NCBI GenBank assembly: GCA_965116475.1
Contig: OZ220691.1
Coordinates: forward strand, 2,816,001 to 2,880,000
Direction: 5' to 3'
From: Gemmatimonadota bacterium
GTDB lineage: Bacteria > Gemmatimonadota > Gemmatimonadetes > Palauibacterales > Palauibacteraceae
Length of the DNA stretch: 64,000 bases
Position numbers and translations under genes: made by a program. Numbering within the stretch: position 1 is the first letter of the stretch; each line of letters opens with the position of its first letter. Below are positions 18,858 to 29,024 of the stretch, one piece after another. The notes beneath the pieces are model-generated. The model was not told the DNA's origin. It made no database searches and worked only from the letters and a program-made list of their open reading frames with translations.

Positions 18858-19346
18858 ATGACACTTTCGACTGCCGGTTCCGCGGGTTCCCCTTTGCGGG
18901 GGAGGGTCTCGGTTGCGCTTCTCGTCGGACTTCTCGCAGCGTCGGGGTGCGGCGAGTCGGGGCTGGGGCCGGATGTGCCGGAGAACAACGTGGTTCTCGC
19001 GGGGAGCGGCGACTGGGGGGACGATCATTACGTCGCGAACTCGGCCTCGGTGGACGGACACGGGCTGACCGTCGAAGTCTCGTACGCGGGCGGTTGCCGG
19101 AGGCACATCTTCACGGTGGTGATCGCGGAATCCTTCATGGAGTCGGACCCGTTGCAGCTTGCCGCGGAACTCGTCCATGAGGCGAACGGCGATCCGTGCG
19201 AGCGCTGGGTGACCGAGACCCGCGTCTTCGACCTCGACTTGGTCAGAACGCGGTATCAGCAGTTCTACGGACCCGGACCCGGCGCGGTCGTGCTGCGAGT
19301 CGAGGGCCTGTCCGGGGAGGACCTCGTGTACGAGTTCGCCGGATAA
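18858..19346 (+). CDS. Hypothetical lipoprotein
   Basis: LAASGC lipobox; VSYAGGC..H.F...FMESDP.Q....H....DPCE pattern with two Cys. Confidence 0.65.
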   Translation: MTLSTAGSAGSPLRGRVSVALLVGLLAASGCGESGLGPDVPENNVVLAGSGDWGDDHYVANSASVDGHGLTVEVSYAGGCRRHIFTVVIAESFMESDPLQLAAELVHEANGDPCERWVTETRVFDLDLVRTRYQQFYGPGPGAVVLRVEGLSGEDLVYEFAG

Positions 19347-19358
19347 CATGGCGGAGCG

Positions 19359-20495
19359 ATGGCGGTGCGGATGAGACCGGGGCTTCCGGGGCCGCGCTCT
19401 GCGCGGGGCGTCGCGCTCGCGGCGGCCGGGGCGGTCAGCGGGTTTCTCGCGGTGGGAGGGTGTGTGGCGCAGGAGATACGGGAGACAGCCGCTTCGGCGG
19501 GGGGCGGGATCACGGCGGTCGAGGGGCTCGCGCTGGGGCACTTCACGCTGGAGGAGCGGCCCACCGGCTGCACGGTCGTCCTCGCCGTGGGCGGCGCCGT
19601 GGCCGGCGTCGACGTGCGGGGCGGGGCGCCGGGGACGCGGGAGATCGCCCTCCTCGATCCGGTGAACAGCGTGCAGGAAGCCCACGCCATCGTGCTCTCG
19701 GGCGGGAGCGCGTTCGGGCTCGACGCGGCGTCGGGCGTGGTCCGGTACCTCGAAGAGCGCGGGGTCGGATACAGGGCCGGGGACCACGTCGTCCCCATCG
19801 TCGCCGCGGCGATCCTGTTCGATCTCGGCATCGGCGGCGGGTCCGTTCGTCCCGGGCCGGAGTGCGGTTACGAGGCCGCCCGGGCGGCGACGACGGCGGC
19901 GCCCGCCGAGGGCAGCGTCGGCGCGGGGGCCGGGGCGACGGTGGGGAAGCTCCGCGGCCGCGGCCGCGCGATGAAGGGCGGGATCGGCACGGCCTCGATC
20001 ACCCTGGCCGACGGGCTCACGGTGGCCGCGGTCGTGGCGGTCAACGCGGTCGGAGACGTGATCGATCCGGCCACGGGGGAGGTCGTGGCCGGCGTCCGCA
20101 CCCAGGACGGGACGGGCCTCGCCGACGCCCGCGCGCTGCTGCGGGAGGGCGAGGCGTCGTCGCCGGACGACGCACCCGGCGACGACGCGTCCGTCGAGAA
20201 CACGACCATCGGCGTCGTGGCGACCAACGCGCGCCTCTCGAAGGCCGAGATCACGAAGGTCGCGCAGATGGCGCACGACGGACTCGCCCGGGCGATCTAT
20301 CCGGCCCACACCCCGAGCGACGGCGACACCCTGTTCGGCCTCGCCACCGGCACGCACACGGACGACGCCGGCCTGGCGCGGATCGGCGCGCTCGCCGCCG
20401 ACATGGTCGCCGAAGCGATCCTGCGCGCCGTCCGCACCGCCACCGGCCTCCCCGGCCTCCCCTCGGTGGCAGATCTGGCATCCTCCAGTAACTGA
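19359..20495 (+). CDS. P1 family peptidase (DmpA/S58-like), probably secreted
   Basis: TGCTVV, VDVRGGAPGTRE, LSGGSAFGL, EGSVGAGAGA, KGGIG, ENTTIGVVATN, AHDGLARAI.PAHT.DGDT.F. Confidence 0.9.
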   Translation: MAVRMRPGLPGPRSARGVALAAAGAVSGFLAVGGCVAQEIRETAASAGGGITAVEGLALGHFTLEERPTGCTVVLAVGGAVAGVDVRGGAPGTREIALLDPVNSVQEAHAIVLSGGSAFGLDAASGVVRYLEERGVGYRAGDHVVPIVAAAILFDLGIGGGSVRPGPECGYEAARAATTAAPAEGSVGAGAGATVGKLRGRGRAMKGGIGTASITLADGLTVAAVVAVNAVGDVIDPATGEVVAGVRTQDGTGLADARALLREGEASSPDDAPGDDASVENTTIGVVATNARLSKAEITKVAQMAHDGLARAIYPAHTPSDGDTLFGLATGTHTDDAGLARIGALAADMVAEAILRAVRTATGLPGLPSVADLASSSN

Positions 20496-20497
20496 CG

Positions 20498-20526
20498 TTG
20501 ATGCAGTGATGCATATATGTTATTCT
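20498..20526 (+). promoter_or_regulatory. Promoter of vapBC with TGATGCA direct repeats
   Basis: TTGATG (20498-503), 17 bp, extended TGT-TATTCT (20521-26); TGATGCA at 20499 and 20507. Confidence 0.6.
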
Positions 20527-20535
20527 CTTCACACC

Positions 20536-20784
20536 ATGCGAACGACGATTTCCCTCGACGACCGACTGAACAGGCAGGTGCGGCGCGAAGCGGCCGCGCA
20601 GGGGATGAGTGTGAGCGCTTTCATCGCCAGAACTCTGGACGATGCGCTGAAGCGGCGCGAGGATACCGAACCGCCCCCCTTCCGACTCGTGACGGTACGT
20701 TCGCGACCCCGTCCCGGCATCGATCTCGACCGACCGAGGGCGCTGGAGGCCGATGAGGATGCCGCTCGCTTCGGACGCCGCTGA
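20536..20784 (+). CDS. vapB: CopG/RHH-type VapB antitoxin
   Basis: MRTTISLDDRL...AAAQGMSVSAFIARTL...PFRLVT...PGIDLD; upstream of a PIN toxin. Confidence 0.82.
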   Translation: MRTTISLDDRLNRQVRREAAAQGMSVSAFIARTLDDALKRREDTEPPPFRLVTVRSRPRPGIDLDRPRALEADEDAARFGRR

Positions 20785-20790
20785 TCCTCC

Positions 20791-21234
20791 GTGCTCCTTC
20801 CTGATGTCAACGTACTGATCTACGCGCACATCGACGGCTCGACGCCGGAACACGACGCGTACGCTCGGTGGGTCACTCGCATGGCCACCGGACCGGAACC
20901 CTTCGCCTTATCCGTGCTCGTCCTTTCCGGCTTCATCCGCATCGTGACCCACCCGCGGGCGTTCGATCCTCCCGTCACCCTCGACGAGGCATTCGCGTTC
21001 GTATCCTCGCTCACGGAGCGCCCGAACGCTCGAATCATTGGCCCCGGCCCCGATCACATGGTGATTCTGGAACGCCTGTGCCGTTCCGCTGGAGCCAGCG
21101 GAAAGCTGGTCTCGGATGCCCAGCACGCAGCGGTCGCTCTGGAACACGGCTGCACGATGATCTCGGCCGACGCCGATTTCGGGCGCTTTCCCGAGCTCAG
21201 ATGGCAGCACCCGCTACGGGTATCGAACCGCTGA
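20791..21234 (+). CDS. vapC: VapC family PIN ribonuclease toxin
   Basis: LPDVNVLIYAH...GFIRIVTHPR.F...GKLVSDAQHAAVALEHG..SAD.DFGRFPELRWQHP. Confidence 0.92.
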   Translation: MLLPDVNVLIYAHIDGSTPEHDAYARWVTRMATGPEPFALSVLVLSGFIRIVTHPRAFDPPVTLDEAFAFVSSLTERPNARIIGPGPDHMVILERLCRSAGASGKLVSDAQHAAVALEHGCTMISADADFGRFPELRWQHPLRVSNR

Positions 21235-21311
21235 ACGAGGAACACCGTCACGCACCCGATTGCCGGAGAGGCGTTGAGTGGCGTCGTGCCTAACGAAGCT
21301 GCGGTGACAGG

Positions 21312-22712
21312 ATGAGTACCGGTCTGTGGGTGCTTCTCGCGTACGCCGCGGGACTCGTGGCGCTGGGGGCGTGGATCGGGCGGCGGGTTGGGCGGGCGGG
21401 GAGTTTCTTCGTGGCGGACCGCAAGCTTGGGCCCGTGCTGCTCTTCGCCACCGTGCTGGCCGCCAACCTCGGGGCGGGCACGACGGTGGGCGCGGCGGGA
21501 CTCGGCTACCGCGACGGGCTGAGCGCGTGGTGGTGGGTCGGCTCGGCCGGTATCGGGACGATCCTGCTTGCCCTCTGGGTCGGACCGCGCATCTGGGAGG
21601 TGGCCGCGCGCCACGGGCTCCTCACCATGGGCGACTACCTCGACCTGCGGTACGGCCGCTCCGTCCGGCTGCTGATCGCCGTGCTGCTCTGGTTCGCCAC
21701 GCTCACCCTCGTGTCCGGGCAGCTCATCGCCATGGCCGAGATCGTCGCGGTCGTCGCCGGTTCCCCCCGCTGGGTGGGCGCGCTCGTGGGCGGAGTCGTC
21801 GTCATCGCCTACTTCAGCGCCGGCGGCCTCGTGGCCTCGGCCTGGGTGAACCTGGTCCAGCTCGTTGTGCTGCTCGCCGGGTTCGCGATCGCCATCCCGT
21901 GGGCGCTGTCCGACATCGGCGGCTGGGCCGCCGTCGAGGCCGCCGCCGCGCGCACCTCGCCGGACTATCTGAGCCTGTGGCGGGGCGGGGGGTCCGGGTG
22001 GATCTACATCGCCCTCCTCGCGCCCGCCTTCATCATCTCGCCCGGGCTGGTGCAGAAGGTCTATGGCGCGACGGGCCCCAGGGCGATCCGGATCGGGCTC
22101 CTCGCCGCCGGCGTCGGGCTCGTGCTGTTCGCCTTCGCCCCGACGCTGCTCGGCATGATCGCCCGCGTCTACGATCCGGCGCTCGCGAGCCGCGAGCAGG
22201 CGCTGCCCATGCTCCTCGCCACCGCGCTGCCGCCGGCGCTCGGGCTGCTGGGGCTCGCCGCGGTGTTCTCGGCCGAGGTGAGTTCGGCCGACGCCGGCCT
22301 GTTCATGCTCTCGACGTCCCTCTCGAAGGATCTCTACAAGGGATTCCTGAAACCCGAGGCGCCGAGCGGAGACGTGCTGCGGGTGGCACGGGGCGCCGCC
22401 ATCGCGGGCGGGACGCTCGCCGTGCTGCTGGCCCTGTGGCTCGAAAGCGTGATCGCCTCGCTCACCATCTTCTACTCGATCCTGAGCGTGAGCCTCTTCG
22501 TGCCGGTGGCCGCCGGCCTGCACTCCCGCCGCGCCGGCGTGCCCGAGGCCCTCGCCGCCATCGGCGCCGGCCTCGCCGCGCTGGGCGCCGTCCACATCTT
22601 CGCCCCCGCCGACGCCCCCGCCCTGCTCGACCGCACGCTCATCGGCCTCATCGTCTCCGCCGCCGCCTTCTGCCTCGTCGCCCTGGCCCGCGCGCGCCGA
22701 CAAGACGCGTGA
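21312..22712 (+). CDS. Sodium:solute symporter (SSS) family transporter
   Basis: FFVADRKLG...ANLGAGTTVGAAGLGY..G.SAWW, TMGDYL..RYG, YFSAGGL, SAEVSSAD; about 13 TM. Confidence 0.9.
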   Translation: MSTGLWVLLAYAAGLVALGAWIGRRVGRAGSFFVADRKLGPVLLFATVLAANLGAGTTVGAAGLGYRDGLSAWWWVGSAGIGTILLALWVGPRIWEVAARHGLLTMGDYLDLRYGRSVRLLIAVLLWFATLTLVSGQLIAMAEIVAVVAGSPRWVGALVGGVVVIAYFSAGGLVASAWVNLVQLVVLLAGFAIAIPWALSDIGGWAAVEAAAARTSPDYLSLWRGGGSGWIYIALLAPAFIISPGLVQKVYGATGPRAIRIGLLAAGVGLVLFAFAPTLLGMIARVYDPALASREQALPMLLATALPPALGLLGLAAVFSAEVSSADAGLFMLSTSLSKDLYKGFLKPEAPSGDVLRVARGAAIAGGTLAVLLALWLESVIASLTIFYSILSVSLFVPVAAGLHSRRAGVPEALAAIGAGLAALGAVHIFAPADAPALLDRTLIGLIVSAAAFCLVALARARRQDA

Positions 22713-22716
22713 TTTC

Positions 22717-22757
22717 ATCCTTGCAAATCCGGCACGCCATTCCGGATTTGCAAGGAT
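22717..22757. terminator. Perfect 16-bp hairpin after the SSS gene
   Basis: ATCCTTGCAAATCCGG-9 nt-CCGGATTTGCAAGGAT. Confidence 0.6.
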
Positions 22758-22841
22758 ACGGCAGGTTCGTCGCGAGAAGGGGCTGCGATCCCACCCGCTG
22801 TTCTTGCGCGTGAGGGGAGGCAAACGCCTGTTAACGTGTTG

Positions 22842-22914
22842 GCTCCCATGGTCTAATGGTCAGGATCTCACCCTTTCAAGGTGAGGGAGGCGGGTTCGAT
22901 TCCCCCTGGGAGCG
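22842..22914 (+). tRNA. tRNA-Glu (anticodon TTC), CCA not encoded
   Basis: Acceptor GCTCCCA/TGGGAGC; D arm GTCT-AATGGTCA-GGAT; anticodon arm TCACC-CT-TTC-AA-GGTGA; T loop GGTTCGATTCC. Confidence 0.9.
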
Positions 22915-22993
22915 TTGAGCAGGGCTGCGTGATCGACAGGGCAACGCAAGAGCGGAGCGGCCGAATGCGCGTGCCAGAGGCTGTGCGGACCGG

Positions 22994-24037
22994 ATGATGC
23001 GACGCGGGATCGCGGTGCGTCGCTTCGTGATCGGCGTCGTCGGGGGCCTCGGCGCCCTGGGGACCTTCGCCGCGGCGGGGTGCGGGGGCGGAGGGCAGCG
23101 GACGCTCTCCATCGCGACCGGGAACACGAACGGGCTTTACTACCCGCTCGGCGGCGGGCTTGCCTCCATCTGGTCGCGGCATGTCGACGGCGTGAACATG
23201 AAGGCGGAGACGACCGCCGGCTCCGTGACGAACCTCATCCAGGTCGCCAAGGGGGAGAGCGAGGTCGGCTTCACGCAGGCGGACGCGCTCGCCGCCGCGC
23301 TGGTCGGCAGGGGGCGCTTCCCGGAACCCATGCCGCTCGCCTCGCTCGGGAAGCTCTATCCCAACGTCGTCCACCTCGTGACGATCCGGAGCACGGGGAT
23401 CGAATCCGTGCACGATCTCCGCGGGCGCCGCGTGTCCGTCGGCCCGCCGGGGTCGGGGAATGCGGTCACCGCCTGGAACGTGCTCGAGGCGATGGGGATC
23501 GGGGAGTCCGACTTCACCGTGCGGCAACTCAACTACGCCCAGATGTCGAACGGGCTCAAGGACGGGACGCTGGATGCCGGCTTCATCGCGGGCGGCGTGG
23601 GCATGCCCGCCGTGGTCGAGATCGGCGTCTCCCGGGACATGGTCCTCGTCCCCTTCTCGGAGGATGAGATCGCGACGATCGTCCGCTCCGAGCCCGCGTA
23701 CAGCGACTTCCGGGTGCCGCCCGGCGTCTACCGCGGCGTCGACGAGCCGGTGCTCACGCCGACGCTCTGGAACCTCCTCGTCGTCTCCCGCGCGATGGAG
23801 GAGGGGCTCGCCTACGATCTCACGCGCACGATGCTTGAGCGCCGCGAGGATCTCGAGAACATCTCCGGCGTGGCGAGCTTCATCACGCCGCCCTCCGCGC
23901 GCGACGTGGGCGACTTCCCGCTCCACCCCGGCGCCCTGCGCTACTTCGACGAGGTGCTGGGAGGCGGAGTGCTGGGAGGCGGAGCGCCCGGAGATGGAGC
24001 GCCGGGAGACGAAGTGCCGGAACCCGGTGCCCGTTGA
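22994..24037 (+). CDS. TAXI family TRAP transporter solute-binding lipoprotein
   Basis: AAGC lipobox; LSIATGNTNGLYYPLGG, TAGSVTN, LRGRRVSVGPPGSG, PLHPGALRYF. Confidence 0.92.
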   Translation: MMRRGIAVRRFVIGVVGGLGALGTFAAAGCGGGGQRTLSIATGNTNGLYYPLGGGLASIWSRHVDGVNMKAETTAGSVTNLIQVAKGESEVGFTQADALAAALVGRGRFPEPMPLASLGKLYPNVVHLVTIRSTGIESVHDLRGRRVSVGPPGSGNAVTAWNVLEAMGIGESDFTVRQLNYAQMSNGLKDGTLDAGFIAGGVGMPAVVEIGVSRDMVLVPFSEDEIATIVRSEPAYSDFRVPPGVYRGVDEPVLTPTLWNLLVVSRAMEEGLAYDLTRTMLERREDLENISGVASFITPPSARDVGDFPLHPGALRYFDEVLGGGVLGGGAPGDGAPGDEVPEPGAR

Positions 24038-25902
24038 CGAACCCGGGGCCGCCCTGGCGGCGCATCATTCTCGCCCTCGCGGTCGGACTCTCCCTCTTCC
24101 AGCTCTGGCAGAGCACGAGCGGCACGCTCTCGGCCACGCTCGGCCGGCCCATCCACCTCGCCTGGGTCGTCGTCCTCACCTTCCTCGCCAAGCCCTCGTG
24201 GACGGGGGAGGGCCCCGCGCCCCGCTGGAGCCTGTGGCTCGACGCGGCCCTGGCGCTGGCCGCCCTCTACTGCGGGTGGGTCATCGTGGGCTTCGACTAC
24301 CGCGGGGTGGACCACATCCTGTACGGGCTCACGACGCACGACCTGGTCGCGGGTCTCGCGTTCGTGGTCCTCCTCTTCGAGGCGACGCGGCGCGCCGTGG
24401 GCTGGGTGATGGTCGCGGTGGGTCTCGTCTTCCTCCTCTACGCGGGGTTCGGGGATCTGCTGCCCGACGTGATCGCGAACCGGGGTTTCACCCTCGAACG
24501 CATCCTCCGCTTCCAGATCTTCACGGGGGCGGGGCTGTTCGGGACGCCGCTGGGGATCGCGGCGGGGACCGTGTTCATCTTCGTCCTCTTCGGCGCCTTC
24601 CTCGAGGTGACGGGGGCGGGGCGCTTCTTCATCGACCTCGCCTTCGCGGCGGCGGGCCGGTTCCGGGGCGGGCCGGCCAAGGCGAGCGTCATCGCCTCCG
24701 CGGCCATGGGGTCCATCTCCGGCTCGGCGATCGCGAACACGGTGACGACCGGCGCGCTCACGATCCCGATGATGAAGAAGCTCGGCTACCGCCCGGAGCA
24801 GGCGGGCGGGATCGAGGCGGCCGCCTCCACCGGGGGCCAGATCATGCCGCCGATCATGGGCGCCGGTGTCTTCATCATGGCGGACTTCACGAACACGCCG
24901 TACCGGGAGATCGTCGCCCTCTCCATCGCGCCCGCCATCCTCTACTTCGGGTGCACGCTCCTCTTCGTCCACCTCATGGCCCTGAAGCTGGGACTGCGGG
25001 GGATGAAGAACCCGCCGCCGGTGCGGCGCACCCTGCGCGAGGGCGTCCACTTCCTGCTTCCGCTCGGGCTCGTGGTCGCGCTCCTCCTGCTCAACTACTC
25101 GCCCCCGCTCGTGGGGGCCGTGGGCTGCCTCGCCGTCGTCGTCACCGGGATGGCGCGGAAGGGGACGCGGGTCGGCTGGCGCACGATCCTCGAGGGGCTG
25201 CGGACGGGGGCGGTGCTGGCGCTGCCGATCTCGCTCGCCTGCGCGACCGCCGGGATCGTCGTGGGCGTAATCGGCCAGACGGGGATCGGCCTCCAGTTCA
25301 CCGAATCCGTCGTGCAGGCGGCGGGCGGGCTGCTCTGGCTCGCGCTCATCTTCATCGCGATCGCGGCGCTCGTCCTCGGCATGGGATTGCCCGTGACCGC
25401 GGCCTACATCGTGATCTCGGTCATGGCGGCGCCGGCGCTGGAGGGACTCGGGCTCTCCCTCCTCGTCGCGCACATGATCATCTTCTGGCTCTCGCAGACG
25501 TCGAACGTGACGCCGCCCATCGCCCTCGCCGCCTTCGCCGGAGCGGGGGTGGCGGGTTCGGCGCCCATGCGGACGGCGACCCAGGCCGTCAAGCTCTCCC
25601 TCGGCTTCTTCATCGTGCCTGCGATGATGGCCTATTCGGCGCTGATCCTGGTGGAGGGCACCGCCGTGACGGACTTCGTCTTCGCCATCGTCTGCACCGT
25701 GGCGCTCGTCTCGGCCGCCGCGTACGCGATCGAGGGGTTCGCGGTGGCCGCGTGCAGCGCCGCCGAACGCGCCCTGTTCGCGCTCGCGGGCGCCCTCATC
25801 CTGGTCCCGAACGCCGCCGCCCGGGTCGCCGGCGTGCTGCTGGGCGCCGCGGTCCTCGCCCTCCACGCCCGGAACGCGCGGACGGCACGAGGGACCACGT
25901 AA
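24034..25902 (+). CDS. TRAP transporter fused 4TM/12TM permease
   Basis: EATRRAVG, GGPAKASVIAS, GSAIANTVTTG, EAAASTGGQIMPPIMGAG, LGMGLP..AAY, VTPPIALAAF. Confidence 0.92.
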   Translation: MTNPGPPWRRIILALAVGLSLFQLWQSTSGTLSATLGRPIHLAWVVVLTFLAKPSWTGEGPAPRWSLWLDAALALAALYCGWVIVGFDYRGVDHILYGLTTHDLVAGLAFVVLLFEATRRAVGWVMVAVGLVFLLYAGFGDLLPDVIANRGFTLERILRFQIFTGAGLFGTPLGIAAGTVFIFVLFGAFLEVTGAGRFFIDLAFAAAGRFRGGPAKASVIASAAMGSISGSAIANTVTTGALTIPMMKKLGYRPEQAGGIEAAASTGGQIMPPIMGAGVFIMADFTNTPYREIVALSIAPAILYFGCTLLFVHLMALKLGLRGMKNPPPVRRTLREGVHFLLPLGLVVALLLLNYSPPLVGAVGCLAVVVTGMARKGTRVGWRTILEGLRTGAVLALPISLACATAGIVVGVIGQTGIGLQFTESVVQAAGGLLWLALIFIAIAALVLGMGLPVTAAYIVISVMAAPALEGLGLSLLVAHMIIFWLSQTSNVTPPIALAAFAGAGVAGSAPMRTATQAVKLSLGFFIVPAMMAYSALILVEGTAVTDFVFAIVCTVALVSAAAYAIEGFAVAACSAAERALFALAGALILVPNAAARVAGVLLGAAVLALHARNARTARGTT

Positions 25903-25911
25903 CGGCGCGCG

Positions 25912-27777
25912 TCAGTCGCCTCGCGCCTCCGCAGCGGCGCGGCGCATGGCCTTCTTGCGCTCGATCGGGTCGAGGCTGTGCTTGCGGAGGCGGATCGCGT
26001 CGGGCGTGACCTCGATCAACTCGTCGTCGTTGATGAACTCGAGGGCGAGTTCCAGCGTCAGTTCGCGCGGCGGCTCCAGGCGCACGTTCTCGTCCGCGGC
26101 GGCGGCGCGCATGTTCGTGAGTTTCTTGCCCTTCGACACGTTCACTTCGAGGTCGCCGGCGCGGACGTGCTCGCCCACGATCATCCCGCTGTAGACCTCG
26201 ACGCCCGGGCCGATCAGCATCTCGGCGCGCTCCTGCAGGTTGAAGAGGGCGAAGGAAACCGACGTCCCCGGCCGGTCCGCGACGAGCACCCCGCGGCGCC
26301 GGTGTTCCAGGTGTCCGGCGCGGGGTCCGTATTCGAGGAAACGGTGGTGCAACTGGCCCTCGCCGCGCGTGTCCGTGAGGAACTCGGAGCGGTACCCGAA
26401 CAGCCCGCGCGACGGGAGCCTGAAGTCGAGGCGCACGGGACCCTGGTCCGTCGGCCGCATCGAGAGGAGTTCGGCCCGCCGGCCCCCCATCTTCTCCATC
26501 ACCACGCCGACCATCGCGGACGGGACCTCGATCACGGCCTCCTCGTACGGCTCGAGGATCTCCCCGTCCGGTCCCTCACGCAGGATGACGCGGGGGCGCG
26601 ACACGGAGAACTCGTACCCCTCGCGGCGCATGGTTTCCATGAGGATCGTGAGGTGGAGTTCCCCGCGGCCCGAGACCGAGAAGGTGTCGGGGGCATCGGT
26701 GGGCTCGACGCGAAGGGCGACGTTACGCTCCAGTTCCCGGAAGAGGCGCTGGCGCAGTTGCCGGGTCGTCACGTACTTGCCCGTCCGCCCGGCGAAGGGG
26801 GCGTCGTTGACCCGGAAGTCCACCGCGAGCGTGGGCCGTTCGACGGCGATCCCGCGGAGACGGTCCCTGCGGTCGGGGTCGGTGATCGTCTGGCCGATCT
26901 CCACGCCTTCGAGTCCGGCCAGCGCCACGATGTCGCCGGCGCTCGCGCGGGGCGTTTCGACCCGCTTCAGCCCGTCGAAGCCGTAGATCTTGAGCACCCG
27001 GGCCGGGAGCGCCTCGTCGGCGGGCACGGGTCCGGGCTCCCCGAGCGGCAGCAGCACCACGCGGTCCGCTTCGGCCACCGCGCCGCGCTCGATGCGGCCG
27101 ATCGCGATGCGTCCCACGTAGCTGGAGTGATCCAGCGTCGAGGCGAGCATCTGGAACGGTCCCTCGGGGTCGCCGGCGGGGGAGGGGACCGCCGCCACGA
27201 TCGTCTCGAACAGCGGCTCCAGGTCTCCGCCGCGCGCCTCGCTGTCGGGCGCTGCCCAGCCGTCCCGCGCACTCGCGTAGAGGAAGGGGGCGTCGAGCTG
27301 GGCTTCGGTGGCGTCCAGCTCCATGAACAGCTCCAGCACATCGTCGTGAACTTCGGCGGCGCGCTGGTCGGGCCGGTCCACCTTGTTGATCACCACCACG
27401 GGCGCGAGGCCCAGGGCGAGGGCCTTCCGCGTGACGAAGCGCGTCTGAGGCATGGGCCCCTCGGCGGCGTCCACGAGGAGGAGCACGCCGTCCACCATCC
27501 GGAGGATGCGCTCGACCTCGCCGCCGAAGTCCGCGTGGCCGGGCGTGTCGACGATGTTGATCCTCGTCTCGCCCCAGCGCACGGCGGTGTTCTTCGACAG
27601 GATCGTGATGCCGCGCTCGCGCTCCAGCGGGTTGGAGTCCATGACGCGTTCCGCGACCCGCTCGTGCGACTGGAAGGCGCCCGCCTGCCGCAGCATGTGG
27701 TCGACGAGCGTCGTCTTCCCGTGATCGACGTGGGCGATGATCGCAATGTTCCTGATCTTCCCGGGCGGGGGCGCCAA
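25912..27777 (-). CDS. typA: Translational GTPase TypA/BipA
   Basis: [71 protein letters not shown] start inferred. Confidence 0.96.
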   Translation of the reverse strand: MAPPPGKIRNIAIIAHVDHGKTTLVDHMLRQAGAFQSHERVAERVMDSNPLERERGITILSKNTAVRWGETRINIVDTPGHADFGGEVERILRMVDGVLLLVDAAEGPMPQTRFVTRKALALGLAPVVVINKVDRPDQRAAEVHDDVLELFMELDATEAQLDAPFLYASARDGWAAPDSEARGGDLEPLFETIVAAVPSPAGDPEGPFQMLASTLDHSSYVGRIAIGRIERGAVAEADRVVLLPLGEPGPVPADEALPARVLKIYGFDGLKRVETPRASAGDIVALAGLEGVEIGQTITDPDRRDRLRGIAVERPTLAVDFRVNDAPFAGRTGKYVTTRQLRQRLFRELERNVALRVEPTDAPDTFSVSGRGELHLTILMETMRREGYEFSVSRPRVILREGPDGEILEPYEEAVIEVPSAMVGVVMEKMGGRRAELLSMRPTDQGPVRLDFRLPSRGLFGYRSEFLTDTRGEGQLHHRFLEYGPRAGHLEHRRRGVLVADRPGTSVSFALFNLQERAEMLIGPGVEVYSGMIVGEHVRAGDLEVNVSKGKKLTNMRAAAADENVRLEPPRELTLELALEFINDDELIEVTPDAIRLRKHSLDPIERKKAMRRAAAEARGD

Positions 27778-27989
27778 GCAGGCCTCGACTTCCGCGTACG
27801 CGCGGTTGGGGGGAAACGGCGGGGAATCGGAGGATATTCTACCGTCACCCGTCCCGAACGACAAAGCTGCGCGGGGCGCCGAGGTGCGTGTGCACGGCGC
27901 CGAGGGCGTATGCACGGCGACGAGGGCGACACTAGGTTTGCCGCGGCGATTCTGGCGGCCGGAGGTGTGAGCTGAGAACAAAACGATGG

Positions 27990-28544
27990 ATGGCGGTGGC
28001 CGGACTGTCGGTCATCTTCGTCTGGGTCTCGATCTGGTTCCGCTTCCGGGAGGCGGAGCCGCCTCCGCCGCCTCCCGCACCTGCCGACCTGCGCCTGTGG
28101 GACTTCCTCGGCTGTCGGCATCTCCAGTTCGATACGTGGCTCGCGGATGAGGGCGGCGAGCCTCCCGAATCCGACCCCCCCGTCGTACGGTCGCTCATGC
28201 TGTTCGCCGATTCCGTCGACGCGTACGGGAGGGCGATGACCGCCTACAAGGCCGTCCCTCTCGCGGGCGAGGGGCAGGGCGAGGGAGATCTCTCCGGTAT
28301 GGAGACGCGCTGGTTCACGCGGGCCGACACCCTCTGGGTCGTGTGGTCGAGTCCCGAGGTGCGGGGCGCCGTGGCGCTGCGTCGCAGTCGCGGGGACATG
28401 GTCGGACGCGCGGTGGCGCGGCTACGGGGGCAGGCGGCCGCCGCGTCTCCCACGGGCGGCGCCTCGATTCAGGCCCGGGCGACGTCCTGGGCGGTCAACT
28501 GCCACTCCCTGCGCCCCAACCGTATCGGCCCCGTCGACCGCTAA
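27990..28544 (+). CDS. Hypothetical membrane-anchored protein
   Basis: N-terminal TM then poly-Pro; fills the gap between typA and groES; may start at CTG 27972 after GGAGG. Confidence 0.55.
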   Translation: MAVAGLSVIFVWVSIWFRFREAEPPPPPPAPADLRLWDFLGCRHLQFDTWLADEGGEPPESDPPVVRSLMLFADSVDAYGRAMTAYKAVPLAGEGQGEGDLSGMETRWFTRADTLWVVWSSPEVRGAVALRRSRGDMVGRAVARLRGQAAAASPTGGASIQARATSWAVNCHSLRPNRIGPVDR

Positions 28545-28556
28545 CCCGCCACGCGG

Positions 28557-28949
28557 CTAGAGGAAGGAGGGGTCGAAGCCGTCGGAGGCTTCCTCGTCCT
28601 CGTCGCGGACGAGGGTGAGGATCGCGCCCTGCGGCGCGACGAGGTACTGCGTGTCCTCGAAGGTGATCTCCACCGCGGCTTTCCTGAAGAAGAGGGCGTA
28701 GTCTCCCGGCCGCGCCTGCATGGGGAGATAACGGGCTTCGGTGGCGCCGATCTTCCAGGGCTCGTCGCCGAGTTCGGCGGGCGGACCGACCGGCGTCCCC
28801 GGGCCGACGGCCACGACCGTCCCCGCCTGCACGGCCTGCTTGTCGATCGCCGTGGGAGGGAGGTAGAGCCCGACGTTCGTGCGATCCTCGCCCTCCAGCG
28901 GCTCGATGAGTACGCGGTCGCCGACGACGATGAGTTTCTTCTCGCTCAT
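28557..28949 (-). CDS. groES: Co-chaperonin GroES family protein (stand-alone)
   Basis: VVGDRVLIEP...T..GLYLP......AGTVVAVGPG...PGDYALF; no groEL in window. Confidence 0.8.
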   Translation of the reverse strand: MSEKKLIVVGDRVLIEPLEGEDRTNVGLYLPPTAIDKQAVQAGTVVAVGPGTPVGPPAELGDEPWKIGATEARYLPMQARPGDYALFFRKAAVEITFEDTQYLVAPQGAILTLVRDEDEEASDGFDPSFL

Positions 28950-29024
28950 GCGGCAGGATAGGGAACGGGGGAAGCGGCGGACAGGCTCGTCAGCCGGCCG
29001 GGGGCCTTCAGCCGGCCTCGGCCG

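Noticed and set aside
22842..22914. tRNA as integration site of an island or prophage
   Set aside because: No integrase and no duplicated tRNA 3' end found
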